Position numbers and translations under genes: made by a program. This document shows, piece by piece, positions 1 to 12,665 of a stretch of DNA of 64,000 bases (within the stretch, counting starts at the first letter, position 1; each line of letters begins with the position of its first letter). The DNA lies in NCBI GenBank assembly GCA_951406725.2, contig OX597828.1, positions 59,520,001-59,584,000 of the forward strand. Direction: 5' to 3'. This DNA is from Octopus vulgaris (Eukaryota). A model generated the notes under the pieces. That model had not been told where the DNA came from. It was given only the letters and a program-made list of their open reading frames with translations, and ran no database searches.

Positions 1-227
1 CACACATACATACGCACGCATACACAAAAACCTACGTACATATGCACACATATACACACGGACATATATCTCACACACGCACATACAGACGGATTACACG
101 CACACACACAACCTCACACACAACCCCACGCACACACACGCACATACACACACGCGCATGCACAGACACATACACACTCACACAACATATACATACACGC
201 ATACACATACAAACGCGCCCACACACT
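1..227. repeat. Degenerate (CA)n-rich microsatellite
   Basis: CACA/CATA/CACG runs; the overlapping ORFs are H/T or V/C repeats. Confidence 0.9.
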
Positions 228-480
228 TCAAACTGATAATCAAGCACATCTCTACTGATCATTCCTCTATGCACATGTGAAGAGAGCCACAACTGCATAA
301 AAGACCACCAATCCTGTTACCATGCTGCTGAATTCTTTCTACAACATTAAGAGACACATAGTTCACCAACACATACACATATAAACAGCTAACACAATAA
401 AAACACCATACACACAAAACATGCTATTACATACACATACACACACACTTGTGCGCAGGCACAACTCACGCATACACATA

Positions 481-775
481 GATACGTCCTCCTCTTACAC
501 TCTCCTCTCTTAGAAAGAAGTTTTTCTCTATCCATTTCCTTCCAGTCATTTGAAAATGTAACCACATGTGGTTCGTTGGCGAATTTTTTTCTTCCGTCTT
601 CCTTTTCTCTTGGACTTTCCACCGGCTCCTGTTTCTGATGAAGAGCTTTGCTCGAAACGTAAACAACATTTCTTTCCTTCCCTGAGCGTTTGCTAATACT
701 TTCCATATACCACATGCTCGCGTTGTTGTTCTTTTCCTTTTTTGTTTGTTCTTCGTTTTTTGGTGGGGATTTACT
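481..775 (+). mobile_element. Short non-coding HHR-bearing element, family A (related to 38115-38336, 49496-49717 and 17322-17436)
   Basis: Shares cgttggcga...gaagagc-n3-gctcgaaa...ctgagcgt...taatact...ctcgcgttgttg with the other copies and ends in a (TA)n tract. Confidence 0.75.
631..664 (+). ncRNA. Minimal type I hammerhead ribozyme motif (extra A after A9)
   Basis: GUUU-CUGAUGA-A-GAGC(UUU)GCUC-GAAA-CG-U-AAAC. Stem I GUUU/AAAC and palindromic ACGU stem III; position 17 appears lost from the A-run. Confidence 0.7.
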
Positions 776-865
776 ATGTATATATATATATATACACATA
801 TACATATATATATACATACACATATACATATATATGTATATGGATGTATATACACGCATAAATTT

Positions 866-1324
866 AAATAATAACGGTAAAATATGAATATTAATTTGAT
901 TAATATCAATTTAAACCCGTGGCCTAGCATATTGAAAAATCTGAAGATTCATCAAAATTATATTACATACATATAAGAGGGATGACCACTAAGTGGACAT
1001 CCAATATGCTAGATGTAGACTCCATATGGTGTGAACACTAAGAAAAAATTATTCTCAAGAAAATTCAGCAAACGCCAGAACATAAGCGAGCAAGACGAAT
1101 GAAAAGATACAAAATATAATGATTAATGACATATCAGATTTCATTGTTACCACGTACATATTTACATACGTAAATGTCCGCAAGTCATCAGTCTTTTCAT
1201 TCGTCTTGAATGATTACATTCTGGCGTGCGTTTGCTGAATTTTCTTGAAAACAATCTCTTCTTAGTAGTCAGACCATATGGGGTCTACATCTAGCATATT
1301 GGATGTCTACTTGGTGCTCATCCC
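866..1324. mobile_element. Fold-back element with tail (arms ~979-1109 and 1191-1324, tail 866-978); same family as 59711-60017
   Basis: gggatgaccactaagtggacatccaatatgctagatgtagac is matched in reverse complement at 1283-1324. The reverse complement of the tail (aatatgctaggccacgggtttaaattgata...ttttaccgtta) resembles 59957-60010. Confidence 0.8.
1125..1191 (-). ncRNA. Hammerhead motif in the fold-back spacer; 5' strand of stem I replaced by the inversion junction
   Basis: Minus strand reads CUGAUGA-C-UUG...long hairpin...CAA-U-GAAA-UCUGA-U-A-UGUCAUU. Confidence 0.5.
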
Positions 1325-1330
1325 GTAGTT

Positions 1331-2481
1331 GATGGAGTCCACTCAAGCCCAGCAAAAGTCACCAGCGGTGTCCCCCAGGGGACTGTCTTGGGTCCGCTAC
1401 TCTTCATAATATACATAAACGACCTTTCCAGTGTCGTACATTACTGCAAAGTGAAAATGTTTGCTGATGACACCAAGCTCCAGCAAATCGTCAATGAAGA
1501 AGCAGACCGAACTCAACTCCAGTCTGATCTATATGCTGTGAGTCAATGGGCAGACAGAAACAAAATGCAACTGAACGAGGGAAAATTTGAGCTGATGCAT
1601 TTTGGAAGAAACTCCTCACTAAAACAGCCATAATCTCTTCCTTCAGGGGAACCGCTCACAGCCTCTAACAATATCAGAGACCTGGGTGTAGTTGTTGATG
1701 ACGATCTCAGTTGGAGTGCACACATCAACAAGAAGGTCGATATAGCTCGTAGGATGAGTTCCTGGATCTTAAGAACTTTCCGGTCCAGAGAACAAGGTGT
1801 CATCATACCACTTTTTTCCTCCTTTGTACGGCCACACCTTGAATACTGCTGCCCACTGTGGTCTCCTCACACAAGACAAAACATCTCCAGAATTGAGTCA
1901 CCCCTGAGGGCACTCACTAAACGCATTGAAGGCATGGCTGCTCTCGATTATTGGGATCGCCTTAAAGCCTTGAAACTTTACTCTCTCCAGCGTCGCCGTG
2001 AGCGGTACATCATTTGTACGATGTGGAAAATATACCGCCAACTTTGCCCAAACGACCTAAACATTAGCTTCAAGGTTCATCCAAGACTTGGACCACGGGC
2101 TATACGTCCCCTGCCCAATTCAAGATCACAACATACATGTACACTGCAACATAATTTCTTTTCCTCAACAGGCCCTGCCCTATTTAACATTGTCCCGAGA
2201 GAGATCAAAGAGGAAAAGGATCCCATCAACTTTAAACAGAGTCTGGATAGATTCCTTCAAAGAATACCAGATAAGCCACCCATAATTGGATATAACTCAC
2301 CCAACAAGAACTCACTACTTGAACAAAACTGGATACAACTCACCCAACAAGAACTCACTACTTGAACAAAACTTGACTTAAACAAAACTTGACTTAAACA
2401 GGATTCGAATAATCCTATCAGGTGGTGCTATTAAGTTAGACATGGCCTGGACCAATCTTTGGTCGAAACATATCTAAGTTT
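1331..2481 (+). mobile_element. 5'-truncated CR1/L2-group LINE (family L-B): RT C-terminal half and 3' UTR
   Basis: SGVPQGTVLGPLLFIIYIND, FADDTKL, VRPHLEYC and LYSLQRRRER motifs; in-frame stop at 1631; ~43-bp tandem duplication at 2288-2373. Confidence 0.92.
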
Positions 2482-3029
2482 ATGTACGTGTTCTTTTATC
2501 TACAATCTTTTCAGAAATGGAAAACAGGAATCAGTCCAACTGATTTTCAATTCTGTTTGCGATCTCTTTAAGACCCGAAAACGTTGTAGTTATACTCTCT
2601 AGAATTAAGACCGTCGTCACTACTTAGATTGATTTGCATTATCAAATCTTTCCTGGCAGGTAGGTCAATTAATTAATTTTGAGGCGTTCAACTAATTGTG
2701 TTTTGCGGTTATAATTTACGTTAGATTAACATTAGCTCTAACATTTTACCTGTTACTGCATGTGTAATTAATTAAATACAATATATTGGAAAATTCTAAG
2801 ACGTGTTTCTATTCAGACAATCGCTTCGTAGATGCAAAATGGGATTAATTTCAGTTTACAATTAATTACTGGGACTACGAAGCCGTATTTAGCCATTTAC
2901 AGGAACGTCATTCTAAGACTATATAACGATTCCGTTTTGCATACACACATACAAGCGCGTGTGTGTATGTATATATGAATATATGTGTAGATACAGAGGA
3001 ACGAGACATACAATGTAAAGAGTATTCCA

Positions 3030-3053
3030 AATATATATATATATATATGCATT

Positions 3054-3109
<56 letters not shown>

Positions 3110-3150
3110 TTTGTATATATATATATATATATATACATGCATATATACAC
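3030..3150. repeat. (TA)n microsatellite
   Basis: Direct reading. Confidence 0.95.
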
Positions 3151-3154
3151 ACAT

Positions 3155-3310
3155 TTCAGTTCCTGGACCGAGTTGTGTTCTTGAGCAAAACACTTCATCT
3201 CAAGTTGATCTAATGTACAGCAGATACATTTGATCACTAGGAAGAAATCATGAGTGCAGGTCGTTCGACAAAGATCTAACCCCTGCTCCGTCGTCTTCGA
3301 CAGTAGAGTC
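3155..3310 (+). mobile_element. Degraded SINE core fragment
   Basis: gttgtgttcttgagcaaaacacttc matches the core of the SINE at 29803 (gttgtgtccttgagcaagacactt). Confidence 0.5.
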
Positions 3311-3526
3311 AAGCATGTACGTATATATATATATATATACGATCTTTAACATCGCCGCATAGCAATATTTCACAATATTTGACTCTTAATTATGAATTTG
3401 AACAAATATCATCTAACGACACGCCTTCTCGTATATAGTTACACCGCGATAAGATGTCTCATGTCATATATCTGGTGTGCTTCACATTGATCTTTCATGG
3501 ACTATGCAATAGTTATCCACCAAATT

Positions 3527-3581
<55 letters not shown>

Positions 3582-3639
3582 TATATATGTGTGTGTGTTT
3601 ATATATATACATGAATATATATATGTATATATATGTATA

Positions 3640-3682
<43 letters not shown>

Positions 3683-3693
3683 ATGTATGTATA

Positions 3694-3758
<65 letters not shown>

Positions 3759-3780
3759 TCATATACACACACACATACGC
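3527..3780. repeat. Compound (TA)n/(TG)n microsatellite
   Basis: Direct reading. Confidence 0.95.
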
Positions 3781-4563
3781 AAACTGATAATATTCTACTT
3801 TCTGTAAATTGTTTTGTGGACTTGCACGTAGTTTCCTTCAGCCGACTTTCACTAGTTTTCAATTCCGAGCTGAACATTATGAAGTGATACATGTCTTGTA
3901 TGTAAAAGAATTCGATATTTTGGTGTGCATTTATAAAATCGATTCCCACTGATTAAGTTGTTGTCTAATTTCACGAAAAAGCAGTTATCTGTTACAAACA
4001 CTGCGCAGAATACAGACATTTATAATAGCATTTTAGCAATCGTATTTTTGAATACTCAATTTTATCAGTTCTTCTTTATTAGATGATTATAGTAAGATAG
4101 ACGACGAGCATTAATCTCTATTTTACAATGCTGATCTCTGAAAAATTAAACAATAGTAATCACGGAAGATAACACGATGTTATCTGAAGCTTGAAGCAAT
4201 ACGCTGATGATATGAAGTGCATTAGCTTGTAAATATAACTTAATATAACGTGATCGATTTGAAAATAAAACGAAGACGATAAAACCACTTAGCCTTTCAA
4301 TATAATTATGCACGCGTTAAATCGTTATGTTGAAGGAGATAAATGATTTTCCATTCGCCTGAAGCCAGTCTTACTCATAAAGTTTTTCTGTGTAGCTGTA
4401 GCCTATGTATATTAAAAGTAGTGTTTACTAAGTTTGCGATATATTCCATAAAAAGTTTGAAGTAAAATATTCGGACTTTCAAACATCCTTGGCAGTCAGT
4501 AACTAGAAAAAGTTAACTGTGTAAGCTGAAAATGACAAAATACGTCAGCACATATTTCAGAGT

Positions 4564-4876
4564 GTGGAGGCACATGGCCTAGTGGTTAGAGCAGCGGACT
4601 CGCGGTCGAGGGATCGCGGGTTCGAATCTCAGACCGGACGATGTGTGTGTTTATGAGCGAAGCACCTAAGCTCCATGCGGCTCCGGCAGAAGGTAATGGC
4701 GAAACTTCTGCTGACCCTTCCGCCACAACTTTCTCTCACTCTTTCCTCCTGCATCTTGCGGCTCACCTGCGACGAACCGGCGTCTCGTCCAGGTGGGGAA
4801 CCTATACGCCAAGGAAACCAGGGAAACCGGCCCTTATGAGCCAGGCATGGCTCGAGAAGGAACAAACTACAACAAA
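4564..4876 (+). mobile_element. tRNA-derived SINE (octopus OR-like head), tail type 1
   Basis: A box TGGCCTAGTGG, B box GGTTCGAATC and core cacctaagctcca.g.ggctccgg; the 3' part recurs at 57189-57270. Confidence 0.88.
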
Positions 4877-5514
4877 CATATTTCAGAGAAACAGCACACT
4901 GTTGACATAGATGCTGCAGTTTTGTGAGAGAGAAAGTCTTTTTGAAGTTACGCTGTGTTAAAAAACAATATAAAAATGAGACCAGCACCAACTCAGGAGA
5001 ACGCCAGACGGTTCCTTAATTCTTGTCAATGATGTGTAATCGTTAGTTGCATACCTACATAAAACCTCCCCACCACCGATACGTAGGAAACTGTGAATAG
5101 TACACCTCTGGACTGAATAACAGAGACCAGTATCTCATCGCGCTAAAGATCATGTGTATAAACGGTGATGATTTATTTCAGAACTTTACTGTTTGAAGCA
5201 AAATTTAAAGGAAGACTTACGAAGAGTAGAAAACCATTTATAGATAATAAAACTAGAACACAAACATGTATCAATAGTTCCGTATGCATTGAATGATGTT
5301 AATACCTTCACAGATGTAAGGTGGTAAGCTGGCAGCATCATTAGCACGCCGGGAAAAATGCAGAGCGACATTTTATTTGTCATAAGATTCGGAGCTCAAA
5401 TTCTGCTGAAGTTTATAAAATAATTGCCAGTTGAATACTGGATCGACATATAACCGGCGTACCCCGCCACTAAATTTGCTAGAGCTATATCAAAATTTGA
5501 AACTCATACATACA

Positions 5515-5968
5515 TAGGCGCAAGAATGGCTGTGTGGTAAATATAGGTGCAGGAGTGGCTGTGTGGTAAGTATCTTGCTTACCAACCACATAGTGTTGTT
5601 CAATCCCACTACGTATTCAGTTACGGGTTCAGTCCCACTGCGTGGCACCTTGGGCAACTGTCTTCTACTATAGCCTCGGGCCGACCAAAGCCTTGTGAGA
5701 GGACTTGTTAGATGGAAACTGAAAGAAGCCCGTCGTATATGTTTATATATATATATGTTTGTATGTCTGCGTTTGTCACCCCGACATCGCTTGACAACCG
5801 ATGCTGGTGTGTCTACGTCCCCGTAACTTAGCGGTTCGGCAAAAGAGTCCGTTAGAATAAATACTAGGCTTACAAAGAATAAGTCGTGGGGTCGATTCGT
5901 TTCGGTTAAAGGTGTTGCTCCAGCATGGCCGCAGTCAAATGACTGAAACAAATAAAAATAAGAAAAAA
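5515..5968 (+). mobile_element. tRNA-derived SINE with internal microsatellite and LINE-like 3' end (family S-K)
   Basis: Head ggagtggctgtgtggtaag...ggttcagtcccactgcgtggcaccttgggcaa; ends ccagcatggccgcagtcaaatgactgaaaca; several copies in the window. Confidence 0.88.
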
Positions 5969-6617
5969 GAATACATACATAATACATACATTCATACGTA
6001 CATCCATACATACATATGTATATATGTACCGTATATGTACTTACATACGCACACATATACAGTATATGTATCTTCTCTAAATAACCTATGATCAAAATAA
6101 CATCGATCTAATACTGGTGTTTTCACACCACATAACTATTTCTAAAACGATATTTGATGTTCACTATGTTATATACGTCAACGTTAAATATAAAGAATTT
6201 CGCTTGTTTGAAGCCAGCATTTTCTGTCATATTCTAAATATCTGATAATCTTAAGCTTCAATTTCCCTCCCGTATTTTTTTTCTATTTTTTTAATGAGGT
6301 ACTTTCAAATGTGTAATTTTTATATTCTTTCTGCTCGTAATGATGATTTTTCAGTAGTAATGATCTTTCATATTAATCATACGGTTCAGTAATGCTGATA
6401 TAATTGGTCAATGTTGTTGGCTGTTACTTTTTTATCCACAGATTAATCCAGCTCTATTGGCAGTGGTATCTATGATTTTGAAGACAGGTGTGATTTAAGT
6501 GCGATTAAATAGCTATTTCTAGCGTTATACATTATTAATATTCTATTGGAGTAGCATTCAAACATGAATTAGTCTTTCGCATAATATTGCCAATATATTT
6601 ATTGCTTATATACTCAG

Positions 6618-6676
<59 letters not shown>

Positions 6677-6677
6677 T

Positions 6678-7343
6678 AATAAAAACGTTTATCTATTTCA
6701 TCTCTGGACTATGCATAGTTTCGGCAAACTTTAGTAAACAAGCCAGTTGTAAATAAATTTAATTTAATTTAATTAATTTGTTTACTAAAGTTTGCCGAAA
6801 CTATGCATAGTCCAGAGATGAAAGGGGTAAACGTTTTTATTTCTCTTTCAATTTCAGAATTACAACTATTAGCGGTTTGAGTTTGGCTGCTCTTTCTAGT
6901 GAGTCGAATGTCCTATTATGGCCATTCCTTATATTTTTGAATGTATATTATATAGTCTTTGACTATCTTTTCTTTCTCGCTAGACCGCTGGTAGCGGAGA
7001 ATTTTTTGTAGAATTTTTTGCTACCCTTATATTTATTAATTAATGATTTTTTGGCTAATTTTGAAATTAAACCAGCAGTTTATATTTGCTGCTGAGAAGA
7101 CCGCGCGATTGCGGTAGATTTTGAAAATTTATAGCATATAGACTGGAGGCTTCCTTACCATCGCCTCGTGGATATATGTTCGTCCTTGGCTTCTCTGCTG
7201 ACGAGGCACGCCAGTTGTAAATAAATTTAATTTAATTTAATTAATTTGTTTACTAAAGTTTGCCGAAACTATGCATAGTCCAGAGATGAAAGTTTTTATT
7301 TCTCTTTCAATTTCAGAATTACAACTATTAGTGGTTTGAGTTT
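6678..7343 (+). mobile_element. HHR element: short inverted arm (6678-6741 versus 6778-6841) plus partial tandem dimer with 468-bp period
   Basis: 6742-6882 is repeated at 7210-7343; GUC sites at 6810-6812 and 7278-7280; (TA)n on the left flank. Confidence 0.85.
7192..7286 (+). ncRNA. Type I hammerhead ribozyme with canonical core
   Basis: UCUCUG-CUGACGA-GGCA(~50 nt AU-rich loop)UGCC-GAAA-CUAUGCAUAG-U-C-CAGAGA; 6-bp stem I and palindromic stem III. Confidence 0.85.
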
Positions 7344-8047
7344 ACAGAATTAAGGGTTACAGAATTAACATAGGTTATAGGAACATAAATCTTCTTCCAC
7401 GAAAACAAAGCTTAAACTGTGTTCTAAATGGAGGTGTAGTCAAATCCTATTTTATGGACGCAACCATGTTCTAAAATAGGTCGAAGCTTCTAAAATAAGT
7501 TAAGCTACAATAAATCGGTACGAGCCTTCCGGACAACCCAATAAAATAAAAGTGGAGTTAAATAATAGCAGGCTTACTACATGACAAATATAACGCTTAC
7601 AGGATAGAAGAAAAGGCCGCCCTGGGCACAATTTAGGATCAGTTCTTTTCTCAAACATTATTGTGAAATATCAGTTACTAGGATTTGATAAAAAAGAATA
7701 TTTCAGTTCGATCTTACCTTTTGCGGTGAAGCAGTGTGATTTTCATTTACCGGTAAAAGTATGCACTGACCCAGTAGATCTACAATAAAAGTTAATAATG
7801 TATAAGTAATGGAAGTTAGCAAATCATGGAAATGATATATTTACCAGGTTGATCTTAATAATTAAATGGCAAATTTACTGTTTATCTTCAGTTTATGTTG
7901 AATTTATGTAATCTCTTTATGATATATGAATGCAATAAAGACAACAAAAATTCACATTCACGCACTCACACACACACACTCACGCTCACACACATATACA
8001 TACATAAATACATATATGTATATGTATGGATATATATATATACACAC

Positions 8048-8129
<82 letters not shown>

Positions 8130-8133
<4 letters not shown>

Positions 8134-8660
8134 GACAATAAGGGTTTAGCAACAAGTTGCTTGACCACATACCAAAATGTTTAGAAATAGCACCCAAAAG
8201 ACTACTATTTCTTTTTTCTACAAAAATATGTCTCTACAGACAACAATATTTGTAACTCACACATGGCAAAAAAGAAGAAAAATAATGAAATCCTTGCATT
8301 TTCAGATTTATAATTATCAAAATATTATGTTGACAAAGGAAAGGACTCTTATGATTCTAATCCAGAAACGCGTCCATAATTAATCGAAGAATGTTTGATT
8401 TCATTATTTTTCTTTTTTTTTTCATGAGTGAGTTACAAATATTGTTGTCTGTGGAGACATATTTTTGTACAAATAGGAAATAGTAGTCTTTTGGCTGCTA
8501 TTTCTAAAATTTTCGGTATGTGGTCAAGTAACTTGTTGCTAAACACTTATTGTTATATTGTCCTTATATATGGTCCTTTTCCATACCGAAAATCTACCAG
8601 GTGAAATTTTTTGATTTTATTAAATTAATAATTTTTCAGCCTATATCTGTAATGATTATA
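8130..8660. mobile_element. Fold-back HHR element (arms 8130-8292 and 8397-8558, tail 8559-8660); related to 12231-12947 and 60710-61090
   Basis: ~160-bp imperfect inverted repeat between (TA)n tracts, containing ttggctgctatttctaaaattttcggtatgtgg. Confidence 0.85.
8324..8380 (+). ncRNA. Type I hammerhead motif, U3-A8 core variant
   Basis: AUUAUG-UUGACAA-A-GGA...UCC-A-GAAA-CGCG-U-C-CAUAAU. Confidence 0.65.
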
Positions 8661-8689
8661 TATATATAAAGATACATACATATGTATCT

Positions 8690-8731
8690 TAAAATCTGAT
8701 GAGTACACTATGTATGAAAGCGCTAATTTTG
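8690..8731 (+). ncRNA. Minimal type I hammerhead ribozyme motif
   Basis: UAAAAU-CUGAUGA-GUAC(ACUAU)GUAU-GAAA-GCGC-U-A-AUUUUG; palindromic GCGC loop III. Confidence 0.75.
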
Positions 8732-8819
8732 TTTAAATAGCATAATAAAAACCGTGAAAACAAAGACTATGCTTTAACTTTATTCAACTTATATATTATT
8801 CTATACACATTCACACAAA

Positions 8820-9000
8820 TTGGAAACAATATATGGACAGAAAGTTCATAAAAAGAACAAGAAAGTATCCTCAAAGCCAGATCTTTTCAGATTACTCCAT
8901 GAAATTTGGCAAGAAATGCCTCAAGAGAATATTTGTCATCACATCAGTAGGGTCTTTGCATTGAAAAATACAAAGGCAATTCTGGTAAATATTAGATATT
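8820..9000 (+). pseudogene. Possible Tc1-like transposase C-terminal remnant
   Basis: KKVSSKPDLFRLLHEIWQEMPQENI resembles the Tc1 C-terminal helix region. Confidence 0.4.
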
Positions 9001-9084
9001 TACAGCATAATAATTAATAAATAATTTGAATGTACAATTTCAGATTTAGTTAAATTTTAACGATTATAAGGGTGTCTATGTATA

Positions 9085-9250
9085 TCATTGTGTCTGGGGA
9101 GAGTAATTCTGTTTTAATGCCTTATTAATCAACAACTTCCCCGATTCGATTTCCACTCGTTTACTTATTTGTTTTTTCTAAAATTTTCGTTGCTTCTTGC
9201 AATCTCTTCAACAGTCGCTGACCCTTGTCCCTCATCGGACAGTCAACGAC
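9085..9250 (-). mobile_element. Short HHR-bearing element, family C (related to 23815-23936 and 49078-49225)
   Basis: Shared tgtgtctggggagagtaatt...tttccac...aaaattttcgttgc...ttgcaa. Minus-strand HHR motif at 9178-9214: CUG-UUGAAGA-G-AUUGC(AAGAA)GCAAC-GAAA-AU-U-U-UAG. Confidence 0.65.
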
Positions 9251-9873
9251 TATTATAATAATATTTCTGTGTGTGCACATAAAAATTCCTTAGTGGCCGT
9301 ACAAAATCAAATGAAGTAATCGCGTGTTTAGCAACATGCAATTTCAGCAAACTTAATTTTTGCACCTGTAAAAAAAAACGAGCTACACGCAAACACAGAC
9401 AAATACACACACACACACACATACACATGTGCCTGCATACACACACACTCAAATAAACACACGCATGGTATGTGTCTAAAACTCTTAAATACTTGTGACA
9501 ACCATATCTGTGGAGTGCTACTTTTGTTTATATGTATGTAAGCATGTATGTATGTTTGTATGTATGTATATATGTATGTGTGTACGTATGTACGTATATA
9601 GGTATGCTTATGTTTATGTATGTGTGTATTAAGACTGGATCTGAGAGTTTGCTTCAAGTTCACGAAACTACGATCATCAGGAGTAACTAAAAAGACTTAG
9701 TATCGGTGGTTGATGTACGTGGTGTCTGTTTTTTTAATACTGGTTGTCATTTGTTTCTTGGGTGTTATCTCATTGGTTGTATTTTGTATCTATTGTATAG
9801 CGTTTGTATTTCATGCACAGGGAATGTTCCTTAATTTGTTGAAGTTGTATAAACACACACCCACGCACGCACG

Positions 9874-9938
<65 letters not shown>

Positions 9939-10231
9939 GCACGTATATGCTGTACTTATTCATTCCCAATACGTTCAGGCAGATTTGGACGAGAATATTT
10001 TAACCGCTGTTATATTTCACCTTTGCAAAATACTTTCCTACTTCTGAACCAATTAATGTAAACAAATGGTGACTCCTGTAGAATTCCTTCCCTGAAAATT
10101 GCAGGTCTTGGGCTTACATTATATACAGTTATTAAAGTTGCAAACTGGCAGAAAATTTAGTGAGACGCAAAGTGCTTTGCGGAATATGCTCCGGTTCTTT
10201 GCATTCTGACCTCCGTTCGCGCCAATTGTTT

Positions 10232-10320
10232 GTTCTTCTTCTTCTTCTTCTTCTTCTTCTTCTTCTTCTTCTTCTTCTTCTTCTTCTTCTTCTTCTTCTT
10301 CTTCTTCTTCTTCTTCTTCC
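10232..10320. repeat. (CTT)n microsatellite
   Basis: Direct reading. Confidence 0.95.
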
Positions 10321-10867
10321 TTTTCCTCTTCCAACTGCTTCTGCTTATTATCATTAAAATATTTTGGATTCTGGATGGTTAGAAACAGTAGAATATCTAG
10401 CCAAATATTAGGCAGCAATTAGTTACGTTTCTGTATGTTTTTTTCTGCTAAAAAACCGTTGGAATGTACTTTCTGTTTCATAAATCCTGAGTCCAAAGAG
10501 CATGGACACTCAATCAATGAATCAAATACATACTCCATCTTCAATGTTAGCTTTTTATTTTTACACACAACACAATGTATAGCTGTAGTCGCCATAGTTC
10601 AGCACGCTTTTTCGGACGTAGTTCCTTAAATGATTGCGACCATAGGTCAAGCACAGTGGGAGGTTGGTCATTTAAATTTTGTGCATCATGGATAATTTCA
10701 GAAACATTTTGTCCTAGTACTACTATTAGGTTGTCTTGTCAGTATAGATTAAACTATACAGTTATGTCCATGCTGGAGCCACCATCAATCGAACCTGGCA
10801 TGCATGCATACTGAGCAAATATCCCGTCCGGCAGGTATGCTACCAGAAAAGGAATATTATTATTTTT

Positions 10868-11419
<552 letters not shown>

Positions 11420-11799
11420 AATTTTTCTTATCAAGGCTACCAACTTAAAATGAAACGAATTATTTTACGTATCGGATGACGTTAATCTAAGGTTGAATTG
11501 TAATTGGAAAGTATTATTCATTGATATTTTATGTCAGGCCGACCCTTCATAGTTACCACTGATAAATCACTCCGCTTGTATTCTTGCATTTTGTACATAT
11601 GTAGTCTTTCCTGAAACGTCTCACCTTTCAAATCCGAAAATGGTTATATTATTTTAGTTATGGCATTGATTTTTTTCCTGTTATCATAGTAAATCTCCCG
11701 CATTAATATAATGCCACTTACTAATGTTTAGTAAACGAACCGTCACGTAAACAAATTCAAAATATTAGAGTTCGCCGGTTAAATATACTAAAACACGGA

Positions 11800-12033
11800 G
11801 TAAAAGCAACCGTTCTGATCATTTTGGGCACCATGGGTTATGCAGTAAATCACTAAATCATCTATAACTTTTGTATTATCCTCTCAAATTACACCAAAAT
11901 CTCAGGCAATAACAAATAATATCGTATTTATTGTCTGTGAAAAATTATAGAATATAAAACAACTTTGATAAAAAATTATATCTACTTTTCTGACGAAAAC
12001 AATGCCGTTCTGAAAATTTTGGCCGCCACTGTA
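11800..12033. mobile_element. Tc1/mariner-like MITE end
   Basis: Terminus aaaattttggccgccactg-TA with internal repeated ccgttctga..attttgg motifs. Confidence 0.45.
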
Positions 12034-12170
12034 TATATATATATATATATGTAAAGGTTCGAATGACCCGTCCTTGGTTTTTTGAATTGTCTATCAGGAT
12101 ATTTTGTTTCCCTTTTTGTATCACCTAGTTGTCCGGATGTTTTGTGTTCTTGTCCCATTTTGTATTTTAC

Positions 12171-12204
<34 letters not shown>

Positions 12205-12420
12205 ATATATATATATATGAATATATATATAATATATAAAAGGGCTTAGTAAAATAAATTACTTTGCCGCATACTGAACTCATTAGAAATAGCAGCTAAA
12301 AAACTTTTTTAAAAACCATTTCTAATACTTAAAGAAAATCTCTCTCATATAGTGTTTGGTCAACTCAACTCACGAAAGTTTGGGGGTAAAGACATCAAAA
12401 AATCAAATGCAAAGGTTATT

Positions 12421-12472
12421 TGAGAACGTACATTTCAAGATTAGTCATCACAACACTTCTATCATCAGCTCA
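12421..12472 (-). ncRNA. Hammerhead motif (mirror copy of 12614-12665)
   Basis: Same as the right-arm copy except for a C-to-U change that gives a U-G wobble in stem III. Confidence 0.7.
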
Positions 12473-12613
12473 GAAACTCCTTGGTTTGGATTTGAAAACA
12501 CTGAAAGTGAGAGCATACTCTTTCGGCCTCTCATCGCTGCTTTCGAAAGCGATGAGAGGCCGAAAGAGTATGCTCTCACTTTCAGTGTTTTCAAATCCAA
12601 ACCAAGGAGTTTC

Positions 12614-12665
12614 TGAGCTGATGATAGAAGTGTTGTGATGACTAATCTTGAAACGTACGTTCTCA
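12614..12665 (+). ncRNA. Type I hammerhead motif, U.U at 10.1/11.1
   Basis: UGAG-CUGAUGA-U-AGA...UCU-U-GAAA-CGUACG-U-U-CUCA; palindromic ACGUACGU stem III. Confidence 0.72.

Noticed and set aside
4204-4235. CTGATGA motif (similar partial matches at 1464 and 33424)
   Set aside because: No stem II-GAAA-UH-stem I arrangement; the 1464 match is the FADD codons of a LINE RT.
4564-4640. tRNA gene (also 11251-11320, 29425-29500 and 29803-29870)
   Set aside because: A/B boxes are present but the cloverleaf is imperfect and continues into repeated SINE bodies.
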